Shown: piece after piece, positions 58,560 through 64,000 of the stretch
Position numbering within the stretch: the stretch's first letter is position 1
Layout: the number at the start of each line of letters is the position of its first letter
DNA from: an uncultured delta proteobacterium
GTDB lineage: Bacteria; Desulfobacterota; BSN033; UBA1163
Reading direction: 5' to 3'
DNA length: 64,000 nucleotides
NCBI GenBank assembly: GCA_963708295.1
Contig: CAVPSJ010000004.1
Span: forward strand, 1,088,001-1,152,000
Program-made: the position numbers and the translations under genes
The notes under the pieces: generated by a model
Told to the model about the DNA's origin: nothing
Databases searched by the model: none
The model's input: only the letters and a program-made list of their open reading frames with translations

Positions 58560-58796
58560 CTATTGGGAGAATTTGTCAATCTCCTCATCCGAAAAGCCCA
58601 CGGCCTTCAGCCTCTCTCTCTGCAGTTGTTTTTCTTCTTCTTTGGCTCTTCGTGCTCGCCCGCTCTCTGCGATTGTTTCGACGAAGCGGCCCGGTTTCTG
58701 TCTATATAAAGCTAAAAGAGTTATCCCGATCCCGAAAGTAACCCCGAGCAAAAATGTCTCCAGAACGGTTGACTTCATTTCTGCCCCTCCTTCCAC
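58560..58796 (-). CDS. Small single-pass membrane protein
   Basis: Hydrophobic N-terminal helix and charged C-terminus. Confidence 0.5.
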   Translation of the reverse strand: MEGGAEMKSTVLETFLLGVTFGIGITLLALYRQKPGRFVETIAESGRARRAKEEEKQLQRERLKAVGFSDEEIDKFSQ

Positions 58797-59152
58797 CCGA
58801 ATAATTCTTCACCTTTCAAACGTCGGCCAATCTCCATAGGGATGATCTCCTCTTTATCGTTAAAAGTGAAAGGCAACTATCCACTTGCTTGGTACATCTT
58901 TGTGCCAGCTGGTATAACTTCTTGCTACCACAATTCCCGCCTACAAACAAGAGTCTTTGCCAGGATGCACCAGGCAGGGGCAATGGGGAAGATGGTATCA
59001 GCCATTTGTTCTGGCGCGACGACATAGAGAGTACCTGCGCTCAAGGGGGTTCTGATTGCTGGGAACTCCAACAAATATTATTTAGAAGAATTTTATCCAG
59101 GGCATTGCTAAAACTCCTTTCTTGTGTTATAAAATAAAAAAAGTGACAGAGG

Positions 59153-59316
59153 TTTTTCGAAACCCGCTGTCTTATCAGAAGAGCCAAAAAGGGTAAAACC
59201 TTCGAGGCAGAGATGATAAGAGGCCAAGGAGCAAAGGCTTTTTGGAGAAAGCGGGGTTCGAAAAAAAAGGAAGCCCGCAGAGAGTGAGTTTCCCTCTTTG
59301 GCGGGTTTTTTATTTT
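59153..59316 (+). promoter_or_regulatory. Structured 5' leader of the cold-shock gene with terminator-like hairpin
   Basis: 59153-59168 pairs with 59250-59265 (15/16); then AAGCCCGC..GCGGGTTTTTT; candidate promoter TTGCTA...TATAAA at ~59105-59133. Confidence 0.6.
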
Positions 59317-59341
59317 AACTCAAGTTCAAAGGGAGGTTATC

Positions 59342-59542
59342 ATGTCAAAAGGACGAGTAAAGTGGTTCAACGATCAGAAAGGTTTTGGATTTATTGAAGT
59401 GGAAGGAAGTAAAGATGTGTTTGTTCACCACTCGGCAATCACGGGGGAGGGGTTCAAATCCCTGAAGGAGGGAGACGAGGTTGAATTCGAAACCGCCCAA
59501 GGCCCCAAAGGCCCGAATGCCACTGACGTCAGAGTAGTTTGA
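59342..59542 (+). CDS. cspA: Cold-shock protein
   Basis: [32 protein letters not shown]. Confidence 0.95.
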   Translation: MSKGRVKWFNDQKGFGFIEVEGSKDVFVHHSAITGEGFKSLKEGDEVEFETAQGPKGPNATDVRVV

Positions 59543-59785
59543 CTCAGTAGAGTGGATATTATCTGAGCGCTCACAGAGAAGCCGGCATAAAAGCTGGCTT
59601 CTCTTTCTTTACGAACGAAAAAATTGGCGGGACGTAAATCCTGGCATTTTAACTTGTTGCTTTACAATCCTCCCTTCTTATCCCTATTTCCTTTTAAGTA
59701 CCGCCGAACTTTCGCTGCCATTTGAGGATGTATCGACAAGGATGGTTTCAGGTAAATACGGAGAGAGTGGGTCCATTGGCACGAG

Positions 59786-60200
59786 TTACGAAAAGGTCCT
59801 TTTACTGCCTGAACCATCTGCATTAAACCCTTTTTCCGAAAGGATGGCTCTGACCAGTATGGAGATCTCACTACTTCCAGTCGAGTCCTTCGAAAGAGAA
59901 ATAATTGGCCCTGTTTCGGGTTGCCGCCTCTTGATATTCTGGCGAATCATGACTTGTTAAGATGATGATAATGATGTCCGGGTGACCCGTTTTTATCTTT
60001 CTGGTTAATTCAAGGCCGTTTTCCCCGGGTAATCTGATGTCCATAAAGATTAGATTTGGAGGATGAGAATCAATTTTCTGCAATGCCTCTATCCCATCCT
60101 TCGCTTCAATAATGTCCATCGAAGGAAATTGGTTCTGTAAGTTATCTTTAACCAATTGCCTAAATGAGAGGTTGTCTTCAACGAGCATTGTCGTAAACAT
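59786..60200 (-). CDS. Single-domain response regulator (NarL-like receiver), frameshift near 59900
   Basis: MLVED, LIFMDIRLPGENG, ILTSH. Confidence 0.85.
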
Positions 60201-60448
60201 AATATTTCAGTTTCCTGCCGGTCAATTGCTATTCCATTCTGTGTCGTCCCCCAACCCTCAGAGGATTCCCTCACCTTTTCCTGTTTCTCGTGTTTGGCAC
60301 TCTGCCCCATTCTGATCAATTCTCGGTTCTCCAAAATCACCTGGTCAACAATCTCCCCGCAGATAACACATTTCCATCCCCAAAAGTATTCATAAGGGCC
60401 GTAAAATTTGTCATAAGTCATGACACTATTGCAGCGAAGGCACTTCAT
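60089..60448 (-). CDS. Small zinc-ribbon protein (true end probably earlier than the ORF stop)
   Basis: MKCLRC...WKCVICGEIVDQVILENR; GGAGGAGG RBS. Confidence 0.65.
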   Translation of the reverse strand: MKCLRCNSVMTYDKFYGPYEYFWGWKCVICGEIVDQVILENRELIRMGQSAKHEKQEKVRESSEGWGTTQNGIAIDRQETEILCLRQCSLKTTSHLGNWLKITYRTNFLRWTLLKRRMG

Positions 60449-60705
60449 AAGAGTATCCTCCTCCCTACGTATTCGACAAGTATATGAGGAGTGATTTAGG
60501 AATTAAATAAGGCGAAGACTGTATTTTAGGGTGAAAAAGGCTGTATTTTTGAGAGAAGTCACAGAATGGAATAAGTCTGTAAAAAGGGCATAGACTACAA
60601 TTCTTTGAGGCCAAAAATTACTCAGCGGAGTGCAACCAGGAAATACGTAAACCTACCCCCGTAAGCGGAATGCCCGGCACAATTTCTTTCTGGACAGCCT
60701 TAACC

Positions 60706-60918
60706 TCAATAATCCGTGGTCAAAATCACGTCGGTCGCATTGATGACTGCATAAACTTCCTTGCCTTCTTTAAGGCCGAGGTTCTCGACAGCAGCCTTCG
60801 TGACGACGGAAACAATCTCGTATCCATGTGGTAACCCGACAATCACTTCCGAGCTGACTACTCCGTGATTGACCTTCTTCACATTTCCTTTTAAGACATT
60901 TCGTGAACTTAATTTCAT
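60706..60918 (-). CDS. TOBE/Mop molybdate-binding protein
   Basis: MKLSSRNVLKG...LGLKEGKEVYAVI. Confidence 0.92.
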   Translation of the reverse strand: MKLSSRNVLKGNVKKVNHGVVSSEVIVGLPHGYEIVSVVTKAAVENLGLKEGKEVYAVINATDVILTTDY

Positions 60919-61029
60919 TTTCTTTCACCTCCCGGTCAGTGACAGGTTCTTCCTGGAGCTTGTTTGTTCCGATGGGAACCGCGCCGCAGGCTCTCATAAA
61001 AATGATCCCAAGAATAGCACCCGAAGTAA

Positions 61030-61078
61030 ACCCCGTTAGAAACTCTCGAAACCGAGCGGTCCATTATTTCTAACGGGT
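61030..61078. repeat. REP-like palindrome
   Basis: ACCCCGTTAGAAA...TTTCTAACGGGT. Confidence 0.6.
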
Positions 61079-61258
61079 AAATAAGGTAGCCCCGCATTTA
61101 AGAGTGAAAGATACTGTATTTTGAACCCAATGAACTTGAGTAAGTTGCAATAGCCTTTGATCCCAAATAAGAAAGGCCACAGAAGCTTCGGAAGCACTTT
61201 TGTGGCCTTCTTCGATGCCAAACGATACCTTCTTACAACCTACGCACCTGCAGACGGA

Positions 61259-61789
61259 CTATTCAACCTTCTCAGACAAAATCAAGGTCTCTCGTTTAAG
61301 AGGAGAGGGGACGTAGACCAGGTTGATTTCTATCTTTCCCAGGGCTTTTCCCGTGACAGCCATCTTTGGGATCGTGACGTCTAAATTCCCTTCGGTCATG
61401 CCTTCAGGCTGAAGAGCCTTCCAAAACGGATAAACCTTATCAATTTTCTCATCAGGTTTAAAAGGGATTGGCTTCCCAGCTTCATCCAGGTACTCGAAGG
61501 TGACCACCTGGATATCTAGGATATCTTTCGATTTATTGGTGATCTTGATGTTAGCCCTTAGGATCGGCGTCTCCACGATCTCTTTAGAAGCTGTGTCTAC
61601 AACCGTGAGGACTTTAAGGTCGCTAAGTTCCACAAAAAAATTCTGGCCTTTAAGCTCGGACTTCTGGGGAGCCAAGTTCTTTGTGATTTGCTCCTGTTTG
61701 GGAGCCTCCGCCTTTTTCTCCGCAGCACAACCAAACAATCCAATGGCCAGAATTAAACCTATTAACATGAAGATCTTTGTGAAATGCAT
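61259..61789 (-). CDS. Lipoprotein of unknown function
   Basis: Lipobox LFGC; terminator-like hairpin at ~61172-61210 downstream. Confidence 0.75.
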   Translation of the reverse strand: MHFTKIFMLIGLILAIGLFGCAAEKKAEAPKQEQITKNLAPQKSELKGQNFFVELSDLKVLTVVDTASKEIVETPILRANIKITNKSKDILDIQVVTFEYLDEAGKPIPFKPDEKIDKVYPFWKALQPEGMTEGNLDVTIPKMAVTGKALGKIEINLVYVPSPLKRETLILSEKVE

Positions 61790-61864
61790 ACACTGTCTCC
61801 TTTCTTAGTTACATACCCGATACGTTGGGTGTTGTGGGAGGGGGGAAGGTGAGTGAACCCTCTC

Positions 61865-62014
61865 CTATCCCGACCTTCGCCCCTGAATAAGTCGGACCAC
61901 TAACACGATGACGGCGATGACCAGCAGCATATGAATGATCTCCGCCCCGTGTCACCACCGATAAATCCCAACAGCCACAAAATTAAGAGAATCACACAAT
62001 ATGGTCCAAAGCAT
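61865..62014 (-). CDS. lmo0937-like small membrane protein, frameshifted
   Basis: MLWTI../VILLILWLLGF../IIHMLLVIAVIVLVVRLIQGRR across frames; AGGAG RBS. Confidence 0.7.
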
Positions 62015-62102
62015 GTTCGACTCCTTTCTGACGACAGAATTCGTCCATCCATTTGAATCTACTTTGGAGACCCTTAATAGACAAGGGTCATGCAAATAGT
62101 AT

Positions 62103-62119
62103 TGCAAATGGCCTGCCAA
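62103..62119 (-). promoter_or_regulatory. sigma54 -24/-12 promoter
   Basis: TTGGCAGGCCATTTGCA (GG-N10-GC), ~90 bp upstream of the small membrane protein. Confidence 0.7.
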
Positions 62120-62154
62120 CAAGCCGGAAAAAATAAGAGGTTTGGAATTATCCT

Positions 62155-62490
62155 TTAATAACATGGGATTAGATCAACAGGAGAGAAGAGGAGAGAAGCA
62201 TGAAATGATTCGTTTGGCCTCAATATGTGGTGGAACCTCAATATATTGAGGGATACTTTCATCGGGGTAAGCACGATAAGAGGTTCACGGATCGTTTCCA
62301 CGATACTCTCAGCGTATTTTTGAGCTTTCTCAGAGGTTTCCTCACCTCGCTTACACTCGGCGATTTGAGCCTGCAATATTTCGTTAGCCTCCTGTAAGCG
62401 CCGCTCCGTGGCATCCAGCCTCGTCCGAAGCGCTTCCATCTCAAGGAAAAGTTGCTGCTCTGTTTTGGATATTGTTTCTATAATTATCAC
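62155..62490 (-). pseudogene. Truncated coiled-coil/PAS sensor fragment
   Basis: ..YAESIVETIREPLIVL (start of a PAS domain) followed by loss of similarity. Confidence 0.6.
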
Positions 62491-62858
62491 TCCTCGTCGG
62501 ATCGCTCTCAGATCCTTAATCTTCGTTCTTCACTCTCAATGACAGTATACGAAATTTTAAAGAAATTGCACCTCGAAAAAACGCCCTATTTTCTCATTGA
62601 CTTACCCATCCGCAATCTAATAAAATTTTATTAGAAGTAAGGAATGCACCGGACTTTCGAACTCATCGATTTTCTTCTGGCAATGGGGAAGTCCATGCGC
62701 CGTTTGAAGAAATATCTCGTTGGTCCGGGAGAAACTAAAAGACAGTCGTGTCAATTTCAAAGTAGGATAATTTCCGAGACAGAATACTGTCATTTTCTGT
62801 TGCCTTTCGATCGGGCGAATTAGAACGGCTGAAATCATTAAGATCGAGGAGAACCAAC

Positions 62859-63777
62859 ATGCGCGTGACTCGTGTTTTATGTCTTTTCTTGGTCATCTCA
62901 TTTTTTCTATTCTCCCAGTGGTGTGAAATTCCATACGCTGATGACTCGTTGCATACAGGACATGAATCTCTTATCGATAAATACCATAAGATTGAAAAAG
63001 AACTGGAAAAAAGTTCTTTGACTATTCCTTTCTACTTAGAATCCTCCGTGAGTAAAAATGCCTCCCATGTCGATATCTACGGCACTATTAAATATCCTTT
63101 CGATATTGTAGAAAATGAGCTTCAGTTGCCCACTAACTGGTGCGATATCGTTTTGCCTCATAGTAATGTAAGAGCATGTACTTATAAGAAGGTGAATGAT
63201 ACATGGCTGCTCAACTCTTTATAATGTCAAGAAATTCCAGGACCCTCTTAAGGACGCCTATCAAATGAATTTCGAATACCGCGTCATTGCGCAACAGCCC
63301 GGATTTTTTGCTATTTCACTTGCCGCACGTGAGGGGCCCTTTAGGACAAAGGATCACCAGTTCGGACTTGAGGCGATACCATTAGACCAAGACAGGACAT
63401 TTATTCATTTAAGGTATTCTTATCGTTACAGCTCCTTGGGATATTTCCTTATGAAAAGCTACTTCGCATTATTCGGTGGCGGTAGGATCGGTTTCAGTGT
63501 AATCGGTACGGATAGCGACGGTAATCCTGTTTATGTGGGTGGTCTAAGGGGCGCAGTCGAAAGTAATGTGCTGCGCTATTATCTTACGATTCTTGCATAC
63601 ATGGATACACTTAAGATTCCTGTTGAGCAACGATTTGAGAAACGAATGAGTCAATGGTATGATTTGACAGCTCGATACAAAAGACAGCTTTTCGAAATGG
63701 AAAAGGAAGAATATCTCACCTACAAGAGACAGGACCAAGAAAGTCAGCTAATCCTTCAAGGGGCTTTGAACAGATAG
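62859..63777 (+). CDS. Secreted hypothetical protein, frameshift near 63215
   Basis: Signal peptide; NWCDIVLPHSNVRAC; second frame continues ..GGLRGAVESN..RYYL. Confidence 0.7.
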
Positions 63778-64000
63778 CGGTAATTGTCGATACAAATCCC
63801 TTTAAAGATTACTGATGCATATTATTGTGTTTTATTTCAACATTTTTGATAGATGACCAAGCCCGGACCGTTTGAGATCTGAAAAACAGGTCCGTGCGAG
63901 TTTAGGGCGAGAAATGAAAATGTTTCGGTGATAACCTCTCGAAGGGAACAATCATGGCCGGCATAGAGATCATTACTGTGGAAGGAGGATCGGAATTAAA

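Noticed and set aside
60920-61100. Moco/Wco riboswitch upstream of the Mop gene
   Set aside because: Only a REP-like palindrome is visible; the riboswitch consensus could not be matched by eye
63954-64000. Possible gene start MAGIEIITVEGGSEL at the window edge
   Set aside because: Too short to assign

Overview
Bacterial chromosomal window whose gene content suggests an anaerobic Deltaproteobacteria/Desulfobacterota-like organism (inference). The consensus is error-prone: even glnS carries several 1-bp frameshifts, so most broken ORFs are probably sequencing indels. 0-26 kb is an accessory block: a TPR-wHTH-BTAD (SARP-like) activator, a perfect 11-bp direct-repeat promoter with a terminated leader, a small uncharacterised protein, a ~3,500-aa mosaic surface protein (two beta-propellers, plant-type LRR, FN3, Ig-like repeats), a secreted HEXXH peptidase, and a PDZ-multiTM-GAF-PP2C / Lnt-like / B12 radical SAM / RsbW / RsbV / Cys-rich histidine kinase cluster, interrupted by PIN toxin-antitoxin pairs. 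27-30 kb holds a UGA-recoded selenoprotein redoxin (UxxC plus SECIS-like hairpin) with a CcdA/DsbD-like partner. 31-46 kb has a fourth TA pair, a Cys-less ecotin, a GC-rich Liv-type ABC + CocE/NonD cluster with an isochorismatase-family gene, and small genes up to tRNA-Glu(CTC). 47-64 kb has a rhomboid-DnaJ_C fusion, MFS, an unannotated disrupted PilZ gene under a sigma54 promoter, glnS, an MBL hydrolase, RRM/CxxC-x17-CxxC/Csp genes with terminator-bearing leaders, thrC, rnz and small regulatory genes. Non-coding features include two copies of a MITE, a 4-copy dispersed ~50-bp repeat, REP-like palindromes and short tandem repeat tracts. All family calls are from motif recognition by eye; no database searches were run.
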